A stretch of 64,000 nucleotides of DNA from Candidatus Eiseniibacteriota bacterium (GTDB taxonomy: Bacteria; Eisenbacteria; RBG-16-71-46; JABDJR01), in the NCBI GenBank assembly GCA_963783375.1, contig CAWANH010000028.1, forward strand, positions 1,184,001-1,248,000, written 5' to 3'. The translations under genes were made by a program, and so were the position numbers. Positions 9,573-20,559 of the stretch are shown here, piece after piece. The notes beneath the pieces are model-generated. The model did not search any database and was not told the origin of the DNA. It saw only the letters and a program-made list of their open reading frames with translations. The first letter of the stretch is position 1. Each line of letters begins with the position of its first letter.

Positions 9573-11270
9573 ATGACCGTTACCCGCCCCGACAGGATTG
9601 GATCGACCCCGGCCCTGTCCGAGTTCGAGCATCTGGTCTTCGATCTCTCGACCCGCTTCATCCGGATGCCGCCGGAGGAGATCAGCGCGGGGATCGAGGA
9701 CGCCCTGGAGATCGTCGGCCGCTTCGCCGAGGTCGACCTGGCCTACATCTTCCTTCGCCTGGAGAACCAGCAAAAGGTCGATCTGGCCTACCTATGGCAG
9801 CGGGAGAGCGTTTCATCGACGCGGGAGCCCACCCGGGGACTGTCCTTGCGCAACGTTCCCTGGTTGGCGCGGCAAATCCTGACCGGCCAGGTGGTCAACG
9901 TGCCCGACGTGGGCATGCTCCCTCCCGCGGCGTCGGCCGATCGCGCTTTCCTGGAGGACCGGGGCGTGCGAGCCACCCTCGCGGTTCCGCTCACCGCGGG
10001 AGGGGAAATCCTCGGCGCTCTCGGCTTCGAACTCCTCGACCGGGCCAACCGGTGGAGCGAGCCGGACGCCGCCCTCCTGAAGCTCACCGGGGAGGTGATC
10101 GCCAATGCCCTCACCCGGAAGCTCGGCGACCAGGCGATCCGGCGGACCCGGGAGTTCAACCGCGTGCTCATCGACGCCTTCCCCGACCTCACCATGCGGG
10201 TCAGGGAGGACGGGCTCGTGCTCGACTTCAATGCGGCCCCGGGCTTCCGCATGTACGCGCCCCCGGAGGAGGCCATCGGCAAGACCCTGTCGGAGATCCT
10301 CCCTCCCTCGGTGGCGTCCCAGGCGATGATCTCGATTCGCAGGAGCCTCGCCACCCGGACCCCCCAGACCGTCGAAACGGAGATGCCCTTTCCGGAGGGG
10401 ATCCGTCACATGGAAGTCCGGCACATTCCCGTGGGCGACCGGGAGATCCTGTCCATCATCCGCGACGTCACCGAGCGCCACCAGACGGAACAGTTCCTCC
10501 GCCAGACCCAGAGGCTCGAGAGCGTCGGAGTGCTGGCGGGCGGGGTGGCCCACGACTTCAACAACCTCCTCACCGGCATCATCGGCCAGAACGAGCTGGC
10601 CCTGGCCAAGCTCGACCCGGACAGCCCGGTCCGCGGCCACCTGAAGAAGGCGGTCGCCGCATCCTTGCGGGCGGCGGGATTGGTCCGCCAGCTCCTGGCC
10701 TACGCCGGGAAGACCCAGTTCAGGATGGAGTCGGTGGATCTGAACCACCTGATCTCCTCGAGCCGGGAACTCCTGGAAAGCGCGTTTCCCGGTGGGGGCA
10801 GGCTCGAGCTGGATCTGGCCGCCGGGCTGAAACCGATCGCCGGCGATCGGAGCGAAATCCAGCAGGTGCTCATGAACCTGGTGATGAACGCGGCCGAGGC
10901 CCTGGAGGGACGGGCGGGCCGAATCGACGTCCGGACCTTTGCGTGCCGGGAAGGAGAAACGTCGGCGGAGTCGCTCTTCGTGGGAAACCGCCCTCCGAGC
11001 GCCGCGGGCTGCGTGGTGCTGGAGGTGATCGACCAGGGCCAGGGCATGGACGAGGCCACCCTGAGCCGCATCTTCGACCCGTTCTACTCCACCCGGTCCC
11101 TGGGACGGGGCCTGGGCCTGTCCGCCGCTCTCGGCATCATCCATGCCCACGCGGGCGGGCTCCAGGTGGAGAGCGCGCCGGGAGAGGGGAGCCGCTTCCG
11201 GGTCTTTCTCCCCGTCGCCGACCTCCCGGACGACTCGGCGCCGCCGGTTCAGGAACGATCGCCCGGATAG
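9573..11270 (+). CDS. Cytoplasmic GAF-PAS sensor histidine kinase
   Basis: GAF region, PAS ending IIRDVTER, H-box AHDFNNLL, N-box NLVMNA, DQGQG, FDPFYST, GLGL; no receiver domain. Confidence 0.9.
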   Translation: MTVTRPDRIGSTPALSEFEHLVFDLSTRFIRMPPEEISAGIEDALEIVGRFAEVDLAYIFLRLENQQKVDLAYLWQRESVSSTREPTRGLSLRNVPWLARQILTGQVVNVPDVGMLPPAASADRAFLEDRGVRATLAVPLTAGGEILGALGFELLDRANRWSEPDAALLKLTGEVIANALTRKLGDQAIRRTREFNRVLIDAFPDLTMRVREDGLVLDFNAAPGFRMYAPPEEAIGKTLSEILPPSVASQAMISIRRSLATRTPQTVETEMPFPEGIRHMEVRHIPVGDREILSIIRDVTERHQTEQFLRQTQRLESVGVLAGGVAHDFNNLLTGIIGQNELALAKLDPDSPVRGHLKKAVAASLRAAGLVRQLLAYAGKTQFRMESVDLNHLISSSRELLESAFPGGGRLELDLAAGLKPIAGDRSEIQQVLMNLVMNAAEALEGRAGRIDVRTFACREGETSAESLFVGNRPPSAAGCVVLEVIDQGQGMDEATLSRIFDPFYSTRSLGRGLGLSAALGIIHAHAGGLQVESAPGEGSRFRVFLPVADLPDDSAPPVQERSPG

Positions 11271-14200
11271 ATCCGAAGCGGGGCCGGACGCGGGCGCCGG
11301 GCAAGCGCCCGGCGCGCCTCCCAGTCCTCGGCGGGGTCGAGCCGGTCCAGGGTCCGGGTCTCCCCGGCCGCCCGCACCGCCAGGGGGATCCCGTCCCGGT
11401 AGAGCACGCGGTTTCCGGAGAGGGCGGGGAGCCGCGGGCCGGGGGTGAGGATGCCGACGAGGTTCAGGGGATCCGCGCCGCTCACCGAGACCAGCTCGCC
11501 CGACCCGCCCTGTCGACGCATCTCGCGGAGCGTGCCCACCGCCTCGGGGAGCGCGTACTGCTCTCCCGAGAATCCGTTCACGAACCGCCCCCCGCGGATC
11601 TCCCCGCGGGCCTCCAGCCGCCGGTACACCCGGAGGAGATCCCGCCAGGGTGGAAGCGGCCCCTCCCGTTCCAATAGCATTCGAAATACGACACCGTAAC
11701 GCCGGAGAAGCACGCGGGCGATCGTTTCCATTCCATCCGGGGCGAGGGAGGCCGGGCGATCCTCCGCCGGCTCCGGCCGCGGGAGCACCGACCAGCGTCC
11801 GCCGTCCTCGACCCCGAAGGGGGCGCGGCGGCCCCGGCGCGATCCCCCCCTTACCGGCCGCCGCCGGCCGCTGGGGACGAGAAGGGACCGTAGGCCGGTG
11901 AAGCTGTCCGCGGTCACGAGCCCCGCCGCCACCAGCTCGCCCAGGGCCCCCTCGATCTGGGTGCGGAGGAGGCCGGTGCCGGCGAGGATCTCCTCGAAGA
12001 AGGAAGCCCCCCGCCGTTCCAGATGCTCCAGCACCGCCCCGGCCGGGCCGCGGAGCGCGGTCCGCTCCGGCCTTTCCCGGGAAACGTCCAGCCAGAGGGG
12101 AAGGTTCCGCCGCGCCACCAGGGCCACCGGGGTGGTGCGGACCGGGCCGCCTCGGGTCCGGGGGCGGGCGTCCGCCGCCCGAGGCCCCGGCGCGGATCCC
12201 TCGTTCTCCGCCGGCCGGAGGGTCTCGTTTCCTCCGCGCCCCTTGCCGGCGCCGGCCGGCCTCACCCGCGCCCATGCCGTCCGCCCCGAGAGGCAGAGCG
12301 AATCCAGCCAGGCGGGGTCGTAGTCCGCGACCCGGGCGGGGAGGATGTCCCCCTCCCAGGCCACCGCCGGGGCCTCGAAGCCTTCCAGCTGTTCCACCGC
12401 GCGGGCCAGGCTCGCCGGTCCCTCGGCCCGCTCACCCGCCACCCCCTGCCAGCGGAGGAGGAACCGCATGAACTCGGCGGGGGAAACCGGTTCGATCTCC
12501 CGGCGAAGCCGCTTCAGGGTGTAGCGATGGATGCGGGCCAGAAGCCCCCGCTCGCACCATTCGGTTTCGGTGCCGCCCGGGGTGAAGCGGCCGCGGAGCG
12601 CGATGCCCTCGGACTCCAGGGCGGCCAGGGCGGCCTCGGCGTCCGAAGCGGAGACCCCCAGGGGTGCGCCGAGCGATCCGGCGGTGACCGGCCCCAACCC
12701 CTCCAGACGGGCGCGCACCAGCTCCCGAAGCGCCTCCTCACGGCCCGGCGCGCGCGGCTCGGGGGCCTCGATCGCCGGTTCCAATACCGCGCCGGGAAAG
12801 CACCGCCCGAAGCTCGGGAAGCCGCTCCGCCGCCACCCATAGCTCCTGAGGGAACCCCGGGCGCGGTCATCACCGCGGCCCGCCGCTCCTTCCCCAGCGC
12901 CTCCAGGTGCGCGGCCAGGTCCCCGCCCGCGTCGCCCTCTCCGGCGGTGAGGAAGCCCAAGAGCACCAGCGCGTCGTGAAGCTCGTCGGGAGTCCGCGCC
13001 CGGGGCCAGGCTTCCTCCCGCACCCGTCGGATGGCGTCGGCGTCGAGCGCCCCCAGATCCGACGCGGTCTCGGGATCCAGCCAGCGCCGGCTCTGGACCG
13101 CCTGGGTGCGCCGCTCCTCCAGGGGCGCGTCGTCGAGGAAGGCATAGGGCTTGGCGTTCAGGATCTCCTGGGCCAGGGGCGAGGGTTCGCGGAGGTCGCG
13201 GGCCACAAGTGTTCGCTCCCCCCGCTCCATCGCGGTCAGGAGCGAGGTCAGCCCGTCGAGGTCCATGGCGTCGGTCAGGCAGTCGCGCAGGGTCTCCGCG
13301 ACCAGCGGGTGCTCGGGGATCTCCCGGTCGCCGGCGACGTTCTCCAGGCAAGCCATCTGGTCGGGGAAGATCACCGAGACCAGGTCGTCGGCCTCCATCC
13401 GCAGGAGCGGGGGCGCGACCTTCTTCCCGCCCCGGAAGCGCGGCACGGCCAGGGCGCGGGAAGCCGTCCACCGCCAGCGCACCGCGAAGAGCGGCGCGTC
13501 GAGGAGCGCCTGGGCCAGGACGTCCCCCACCGTGGCCGCGCTCAGGTAGCGGAACACCTCGTCCAGGGGGAAGCTGTGGGTTGGGCCCAGCGAGAGCACG
13601 ATGGCGTTCTCGTCGGCCGCGGCCTGGAGCTCGAAGTTGAACTTCCGGCAGAAGCGCTTGCGGAGCGCCAGCCCCCAGGCCCGGTTCAGCCGGCTTCCGA
13701 GGGGCGCGTGGAGAACGAGCTGCATCCCGCCGCTCTCGTCGAAGAACCGCTCCAGGATGAAGGTGTCCCCGGTGGGGAGCGCCCCCAGAGCCGCCCGGGC
13801 CGCGACCAGGTAGTCGGCGATCTGGGCCGCGGCGCCTTCGGGAAGGCCGGGAATCGCGGCCAGGCGCCCGCGGACGGCTTCGGGGTTCCCGTCGAGGGCC
13901 AGCGACCGGACGCGGGAGACGGCGGCGGAAAGCTCGTCGGTCCGGCCCGGCGCCTCCCCCAACCAGAACGGGATCGTGGGCGGGTGCCCCCCCGCGTCCT
14001 CCACCCGCACCGTCCCCGGCTCGATCCGGAGGATGCGCCAGGACGTGTTCCCGAGCTGGAAGATGTCCCCGGCCATGCTCTCCACCGCGAAGTCCTCGTT
14101 CACCGTCCCCACCGTCAGCTCGGCCGGCTCCAGCACCACCCGGTAGTCGGCGTTGTCGGGGATGGCGCCCCCCGAGGTGATGGCGGTGAGCCGCGCTCCC

Positions 14201-15642
14201 CGCCGGGGCCGGAGCCGGCGGTTCACCGCGTCCCGGTGGATCCACGCTCCGCGTCGGCCGCGCCGGGTGGTGAACCCCTCGGCCAGCATCCTCACCACCG
14301 CGTCGAACTCTTCGCGGGGGAGATCGCGGTAGGGGTGCGCCCGGCGGACCATCGCGTAGAGTTCCGCTTCGGTCCGCTCCTCCGAGGCCGCCACCTCGGC
14401 GGTGATCTGCTGGGCCAGGATGTCGAGGGGGGCGGCGGGGATCCGCAGGCGGTCCAGATCCCCGCGCTGGATCGCGTCGAGGAGCGCCGCGCCCTCCACC
14501 AGCTCGTCCCGGGAAAGGGGAAAGAGGCGCCCCTTGGGGAGCCCGGTGACCGCGTGGCCGGAGCGCCCCACCCGCTGGAGAAGGGTGGCGATGGAACGGG
14601 TGCTCCCGAGCTGGCAGACCAGGTCCACGTCGCCGATGTCGATCCCCAGCTCGAGCGAAGCGGTGGCCACCAGGGCCTTGAGCGAGCCGGCCTTGAGGCG
14701 CCCCTCCGCTCCCAGCCGCTGTTCCTTGGAGAGGCTCCCGTGATGGGACGTCACGTGCTCCGCCCCCAGCCGCTCGCTCAGGTGCCGCGCCGTCCGTTCG
14801 GCCATCCGCCGGGTGTTGACGAAGACCAGGGTAGTCCGGTGGGCGTCGATCAGCGCGGCCAGACGGTCGTAGATCTCCTCCCAGACCTCGTTCGACATCA
14901 CCGCCTCCAGCGGCGACGACGGGATCTCCACCGCCAGGTCCAGCTTCCGGGCGTGGCCGGTGTCGATGATCGCGCAGTCGGTGTCGGCGGCGCCGGTCAG
15001 AAACCGCGCCACCTCCTCGGTCGGGCGCTGGGTGGCGGAGAGGCCGATCCTGACCGGCGGCCGGCCGGCCAGGTCCGCGAGCCGTTCCAGGGAAAGGGCC
15101 AGGTGCGACCCGCGCTTGGTTCCCACCACCGCGTGGATCTCGTCCACGATCACCGTCCGCACGGTGCGAAGCATGCGGCGGCCGCGCTCACTGGTAAGGA
15201 GGATGTAGAGCGACTCCGGGGTGGTGACCACGATGTGGGGCGGACGGCGCACCATGGCCTCGCGCTGGCGGGCGGGGGTGTCGCCGGTTCGCACCAGCAC
15301 CCGGATGTCGATCTCCGGCCGTCCGCGCGCCGCCAGCTCCGCCCCGATCCCGGCCAGGGGTTCCCGGAGGTTCTTCTCCACGTCGTTGGACAGGGCCTTC
15401 AGCGGCGAGACGTAGAGGACGTGGGTCTCGTCGGTCAGCTCGTCCCGCTCCCCGCGGCGAACCAGGTCGTCCAGGGCGGCGAGAAAGGCGGCGAGGGTCT
15501 TTCCCGACCCGGTGGGCGCGGCGATCAGGGTGTGGCGGCCGGCCTGGATGGATGGCCAAGCCCGGGCTTGCGCCTCGGTGGGACCCGGGAAGCGCCCCTC
15601 GAACCAGGCGGACACCGCGGGATGGAAGGATGCGGAGTTCAT
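11249..15642 (-). CDS. lhr: Lhr-family ATP-dependent helicase (~1,460 aa), interrupted by two +1 frameshifts near 12851 and 12802
   Basis: [34 protein letters not shown] in the 5' frame. C-terminal Lhr motifs ([33 protein letters not shown]) are in another frame. The conserved [10 protein letters not shown] lies in the third frame between them. Confidence 0.9.
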
Positions 15643-15887
15643 GGAAATCGATTGTACCCCATGGCCCCGCCGGTCCCGTCGCCGGCGTCTACGTCTACGT
15701 TCGTCCATGCGGTTCCCGCTTGACGGCCCCCCTCGGGATGTGGATTCTCCTATGCGTCAATGGCCGCCGCATTCTGGTTGGAGTACGCAGGCGGTTTTCC
15801 TCCGCCGGCCCGGGGGCCGGTTTCCTCTTGGTGGGGTGGTTCCATTCCCGTTCCAATCCGGTGACCTTGAGTCCCAGGAGGTTTGCC

Positions 15888-16532
15888 ATGTCTTCGACTC
15901 GTTGCCGCGCGCGGCTCGGTCTTTCGCGCGCGGGTCTCATGTCGCTCTTCGGTCTCGCGTTCGTGATCGCCGCCCTGCTCTCCGCGTGTCAGGCCCAGAA
16001 GCCGGCCTCGGATTCCTCCGGCGACATGTCCGCCGCCACCATGAGCCCGGTGGAGCGGGGGAAGTACCTGGTCACCACCATGGGGTGTAACGACTGTCAC
16101 ACCCCGTGGAAGATGGGGGCCCAGGGCCCCGAGCCGGACATGACCCGGCTGCTTTCCGGCCACCCCGCCGATGAGAAGCTCGGACCACCCCCGGCGATGG
16201 AGGGTGGATGGATGGTCGGGGGCTCGGCCAGCATGACCGCCTGGGCCGGCCCCTGGGGGATCAGCTACTCCGCCAACCTCACCCCGGATGAGACCACCGG
16301 GCTCGGTTCCTGGACCGAAGACATGTTCATCCAGACCCTCCGGAACGGGAAGCACATGGGAACCGGACGCCCGCTGCTTCCGCCCATGCCCTGGATGTGG
16401 TCCGGAAAGCTCTCCGACGAAGACCTGGGCGCCATGTTCGCATACCTCCAGTCCATTCCCGCGATCAAGAACCAGGTGCCCGATCCGGTACCGCCGGCCG
16501 GAGGCATGGGAGCTCCGTCCGGGGGCGAGTAG
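15888..16532 (+). CDS. Monoheme cytochrome c lipoprotein
   Basis: AGGAGG RBS; lipobox LLSAC; ERGKYLV..GCNDCHTP; NLTPD; PPMPW with candidate distal Met. Confidence 0.88.
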   Translation: MSSTRCRARLGLSRAGLMSLFGLAFVIAALLSACQAQKPASDSSGDMSAATMSPVERGKYLVTTMGCNDCHTPWKMGAQGPEPDMTRLLSGHPADEKLGPPPAMEGGWMVGGSASMTAWAGPWGISYSANLTPDETTGLGSWTEDMFIQTLRNGKHMGTGRPLLPPMPWMWSGKLSDEDLGAMFAYLQSIPAIKNQVPDPVPPAGGMGAPSGGE

Positions 16533-16690
16533 TCCCCCCGGGCCTACGGGCGGCCATTGCTTGACTTGAGCCCGGTAATTCCGTATGGATATCGGCGGCG
16601 AGCCGCTTCCCCCCGGGGAGCGGCTCGCCCTTGTTGGCCGGAGGAGCATCCGGCGGATCGCTCCAATCCACCTATCCCGGGAGGTGTCTC

Positions 16691-16963
16691 GTGCCCCACT
16701 TCCAGGCGCCCGGAGCGCCGAGACTCCCTTTGCTGAAGAATCTCCTGACCTGGTCCGGGGTCCTCCTGGCCCTGGCGTCGTTCGTGTTCCTCACCGCCTG
16801 TCCAAGGAACCCGGATGACAAGCCCCAGGAAGGGGACACCGTACACTCCGCCCTTCCCGAAACGGTTCCTTTCGCGGGGCCGGACTTCGCCTTGGCTCCC
16901 GACCTTCAGGGGATGCCGTCCGCGTCGCCGGTCGGTTTCCACGACGGTTCGGATGTGCTTTGA
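16691..16963 (+). CDS. Small putative lipoprotein (90 aa)
   Basis: GGAGGTG RBS before GTG 16691; hydrophobic stretch ending FLTAC; fills the gap between co-oriented genes. Confidence 0.5.
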   Translation: MPHFQAPGAPRLPLLKNLLTWSGVLLALASFVFLTACPRNPDDKPQEGDTVHSALPETVPFAGPDFALAPDLQGMPSASPVGFHDGSDVL

Positions 16964-17012
16964 TGGATGAAGAGGTCGATCGGAGCCGTCGGATCCAAGT
17001 GTGGAGGTCATC

Positions 17013-17315
17013 ATGAAAGTCATCGCCGATCTCAGCGTGGTTCCCCTGGGGGTCGGGGTATCGGTCTCCCGGTACGTGGCCGCGTGTGAGAAGGTGCTTC
17101 GGGAGGCGGGCCTCTCCGCGCAGCTCCACGCCTACGGCACCAACATCGAGGGGGAGTGGGACGAGGTCATGGCGGCGGTCAAGCGATGCCACGAGGTGCT
17201 CCACGAGATGGGCGCGCCGCGGGTCTCCTCCAACATGCGCTTCGGGACCCGCACCGACCGCGACCAGTCGATGGCCGACAAGGTGCGGAGCGTGGAGCGG
17301 AGACTCGAGACCTGA
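17013..17315 (+). CDS. MTH1187/YkoF-type thiamine-binding protein family
   Basis: MKVIADLSVVPLG..SVSRYVA, HAYGTNIEGEWDEV, RTDR...KV pattern; GGAGG RBS. Confidence 0.88.
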   Translation: MKVIADLSVVPLGVGVSVSRYVAACEKVLREAGLSAQLHAYGTNIEGEWDEVMAAVKRCHEVLHEMGAPRVSSNMRFGTRTDRDQSMADKVRSVERRLET

Positions 17316-17323
17316 GCCCCGGC

Positions 17324-18094
17324 GTGCGCGTTCTCCACCTTTCCCTCGATCTCTTCGTGGATCCCCATCCCCCGTGGGCGGGGGAGGATGCGCGGCTCCC
17401 CGAACCGGAATTCCGGGTGCGCCCCCCCGAAGCGGTTCGCCGTTTCCTGGAGGTGGGATGCGGATTGCTCCCGGGGACCCGGGGGGTGACCGGGTGCGTG
17501 GTGGAAGACCACCGGGGCCCGCTGGCCGCGCTCCGCGCCTGGGTGGACGCCGGAGAACTCACGGCCCCCTTCGATCTGGTCCACGCCGACGCCCATTCCT
17601 GCCTGGGGGGAGGCGACGAGGGGTGGCACTACGTTCTCGGCACCCTGATGCACCTCCCGATGGAGCAACGCGCCCGTCCCGATCCGCTCCGGATCACCCC
17701 CGAGAACTGGCTCCTCTTCGCGGCGGCCGCGGGCTGGATCCGCTCGTTGGACCTGGTGGTTCATCCCGCGTGGTCGCCCGACGTGCTCCCGGTGCTCTTC
17801 GAGAACCGTGATCCCCGAAGCGGCCGCCTCCGACTCGCGGCCTATGACCGGAACCTCCTCGCCCTGGCCTTCGAAATGCCGGGGCTGGAGTTTCCACCGG
17901 TGGTCTCGGAGGAGGAGCCGGTGCCCCTCCGGGTGGGGCGCCGGGACGAGGTGGAAGGGCTGGGTCCGTTCGATCGGGTGGTGGTGAGCCGGGCGCCGAG
18001 CTACACTCCGGCCGCGGCGGACGATCTGGCGGGAATGGTGGGGGAGTACCTGGCGAACGACGATCCGCACGACCGGCCCGGGACACTCCGGTGA
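17324..18094 (+). CDS. UPF0489-like protein
   Basis: FDLVHADAH, ENWL, SRAPSYTP; GTG start 8 nt after the previous stop. Confidence 0.65.
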   Translation: MRVLHLSLDLFVDPHPPWAGEDARLPEPEFRVRPPEAVRRFLEVGCGLLPGTRGVTGCVVEDHRGPLAALRAWVDAGELTAPFDLVHADAHSCLGGGDEGWHYVLGTLMHLPMEQRARPDPLRITPENWLLFAAAAGWIRSLDLVVHPAWSPDVLPVLFENRDPRSGRLRLAAYDRNLLALAFEMPGLEFPPVVSEEEPVPLRVGRRDEVEGLGPFDRVVVSRAPSYTPAAADDLAGMVGEYLANDDPHDRPGTLR

Positions 18095-18110
18095 ACGAGG
18101 AGGATGAACC

Positions 18111-18854
18111 ATGATGACCCATGCCGTCCGTCTGACCTTCCTCGCCCTGCTCGGCGGCGCCCTCCTCGGCCTCGCCGGGTGCGGCACGCCCGATTCGTCC
18201 AAGGATAAGGATACCGTCCCGGTGGCCGGGGCGGAGGGCTCGGCCTGGCGGCAGGAGTTCACCCTCACCGGACGCACCCTGGTTTCCACCGGCCGGAACC
18301 CCTACTTCGTGCTCGAGCCGGGTTTCCAGCTCGAGCTTCGGGGCGAGGACGGCAAGCTGGTCGTCACCGTCCTGGATGAGACCGAGACCATCGGCGGCAT
18401 CCGGACGCGGGTGGTCGAGGAGCGGGAGTGGCGGGGCGGAGAGTTGATCGAGGTGTCCCGGAACTTCTTCGCCATGGACGGGAACACCAAGGACGTCTTC
18501 TATTTCGGGGAGAGCGTGGACACCTACGAGGACGGAACGATCACCGGCCACCCTGGGTCCTGGCGGGCGGGCGAGGCCGGCGCCCGGGCGGGGCTCATGA
18601 TGCCGGGCGTCCCCGAGGTGGGCTCGAAGGACTACCAGGAGGTCGCCCCCGGCGTGGCCATGGACCGGGCCGAGGTCGTGGGTCTCCACGAGACGTTCCA
18701 GACCCCCGCGGGCGCGTTCGACGACTGCCTGAAGACCCGGGAAGGAACCGCCCTGAACCCCAAGGAAGAGGAGTTCAAGCTCTACGCCCCGGGGATCGGC
18801 CTGATCCAGGACGAGGACCTGGTCCTCGTCCGGTACGGCTTCGGCAAGGAGTAG
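18111..18854 (+). CDS. Hypothetical lipoprotein
   Basis: GAGGAGG RBS; lipobox LAGC; beta-rich body (NPYF, YFGE, TPAG, YAPGIG). Confidence 0.8.
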   Translation: MMTHAVRLTFLALLGGALLGLAGCGTPDSSKDKDTVPVAGAEGSAWRQEFTLTGRTLVSTGRNPYFVLEPGFQLELRGEDGKLVVTVLDETETIGGIRTRVVEEREWRGGELIEVSRNFFAMDGNTKDVFYFGESVDTYEDGTITGHPGSWRAGEAGARAGLMMPGVPEVGSKDYQEVAPGVAMDRAEVVGLHETFQTPAGAFDDCLKTREGTALNPKEEEFKLYAPGIGLIQDEDLVLVRYGFGKE

Positions 18855-18894
18855 GCTCGCCGTCGCGAGCGAACCCGGCTCCCGCGATCGGGGG

Positions 18895-20559
18895 CTAGAC
18901 CAGCGTCCCCTCGACCATCCTTCGCAGGGTATCCAGGTCCACCGCTCCCTCCCCCAGCACCGTGTCGTGGAAGCGTTTCACGTCGAAGCGCGGGCCGAGG
19001 CGCGCCGCAGCCTCGGCGCGGAGGCGGAGGATCTCCATCTGTCCCAGCTTGTAGCCCAGGGCCTGTCCCGGCCAGGCGATGTAGCGGTCCACCTCGTTCA
19101 CGATGTTGTTCTCGGCCAGAACGGTATTGGCGAGCATGAAGTCGATCGCCTGTCGCCTCGTCCAGCCCAGGGCATGCATCCCGGTATCCACCACCAGCCG
19201 GCAGGCGCGCCAGGAATCGAAGCTCACCATCCCGATCCGGTCCGCGTCCCCGGAGTAGAGCCCCATCTCGTCGGCCAGGCGCTCCACGTAGAGCGCCCAC
19301 CCCTCGATGTAGGCGGTCACCCCGCGGTGCCGCCGGAACTCCGGCAGCCCCGAGAGTTCCTGGGCGATCGCGATCTGGGTGTGGTGGCCGGGCACCGCCT
19401 CGTGGAAGGCCAGCGCCTCGGCCTCGTAGCGGGGACGGGTCTCCGGGGCGTAGGTGTTGATGTAGTACATCCCCGGCCGCGAGCCGTCGGGGGAGGGATG
19501 CTGGTAGTAGGCGATGGTGCTGTGCTTCTCCTCGTGGGGCTCCATGCGCACCACCTCGCAGGGGGCCTGGGGAGCGATCCCGAACCAGTCCGGCACCGCA
19601 GCCTCGGCCCGGCGGAGCGCTTCCTCCGCCTTGGCGAAGACCTCCTCCCGGCTCCCGAAGTGCATGGCGGGGTCCTCGCGGAGCCGCCGGTGAATCTCCT
19701 CCAGGTCCGAGGTCCCCAGTACCCTCTCCCCGAGCCCGCGAAGCTCGTCGTTCAGGCGCTCCACCTCGGCCCGGCCCCTCCGGTGGATCTCCTCCGGCGG
19801 CAGGTCGAGGGAGGTATGCACCTGGATCAGTCCGGGGTAGATCTCGGCCCCCCCCGCCACGTGCATGATTCCGGGGCGATCGTCGGACCGGGCCCGGGGC
19901 GCCACCGCCCCCCGCAGGAACCCGCGGAGGCGGAGGAGCGCGGGGCGAAGCCCTTCCGCCGCCGCCGCGGCCAGGTCCCGGCGGAACGCGTCTCGGTCCG
20001 GCTCCGGCCAGTCCTCCGGCACCGTCCGGAGCGGCGAGAGAACCGCCCAGTCCTCGATCGGCGTTCTCTCCAGGTCTTCGATCTGCTCGATCACCCGCTC
20101 CACCGCTTTCCGGGGCGCGGTCCGTCCCGCGTCGAGGCCCAAGCGGAGGTTCTCCACGTGTCGGTCCAGCCACGGCCCCATCGCCCGCCAGCGCGCGACC
20201 ATGGCCCGCCCGCCGGCCGGATCGGTCGGCTTCTGAAGCGCCGGGATGTTCATGAACTCGACCTGGGGACCGCCCATGGGGTCCACGTTCCAGGTCTCCA
20301 TTCCCGACCCGGCCTCGATGAGATCGCTCCCCACCAGGTGCCGGAGGGCGGTCCGGGTCACCCGGTCGGCGGGATCGAGGATCGCCGGGTCCACCATGTC
20401 CACCCGGGTCCGGAGGTCCCAGAGGCGGGCGACCTCCGCGGCGTAGGCGCTGGGCGTGTTGTCCCGGAGGAGATGGTCGTATCGGTGATCGCCGATCGAG
20501 GTCGCCTCGACGGGGTGCGTCTTGAGATAGGCTTCCCAGTACTCGTGGCTCAGTTCCAT
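18895..20559 (-). CDS. DUF885-family protein (putative metallopeptidase)
   Basis: FHEAVPGHH, AYIEGWALY, RLVVDTGMH, EVDRY..PGQALGYKLG; GGAGG RBS before ATG 20559; no signal peptide. Confidence 0.9.
   Translation of the reverse strand: MELSHEYWEAYLKTHPVEATSIGDHRYDHLLRDNTPSAYAAEVARLWDLRTRVDMVDPAILDPADRVTRTALRHLVGSDLIEAGSGMETWNVDPMGGPQVEFMNIPALQKPTDPAGGRAMVARWRAMGPWLDRHVENLRLGLDAGRTAPRKAVERVIEQIEDLERTPIEDWAVLSPLRTVPEDWPEPDRDAFRRDLAAAAAEGLRPALLRLRGFLRGAVAPRARSDDRPGIMHVAGGAEIYPGLIQVHTSLDLPPEEIHRRGRAEVERLNDELRGLGERVLGTSDLEEIHRRLREDPAMHFGSREEVFAKAEEALRRAEAAVPDWFGIAPQAPCEVVRMEPHEEKHSTIAYYQHPSPDGSRPGMYYINTYAPETRPRYEAEALAFHEAVPGHHTQIAIAQELSGLPEFRRHRGVTAYIEGWALYVERLADEMGLYSGDADRIGMVSFDSWRACRLVVDTGMHALGWTRRQAIDFMLANTVLAENNIVNEVDRYIAWPGQALGYKLGQMEILRLRAEAAARLGPRFDVKRFHDTVLGEGAVDLDTLRRMVEGTLV

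Noticed and set aside
11249-14245. Treating the 998-aa ORF as a separate gene and lhr as a pseudogene pair
   Set aside because: Only its 3' half is coding; all Lhr motifs are intact and join after two single-base corrections.
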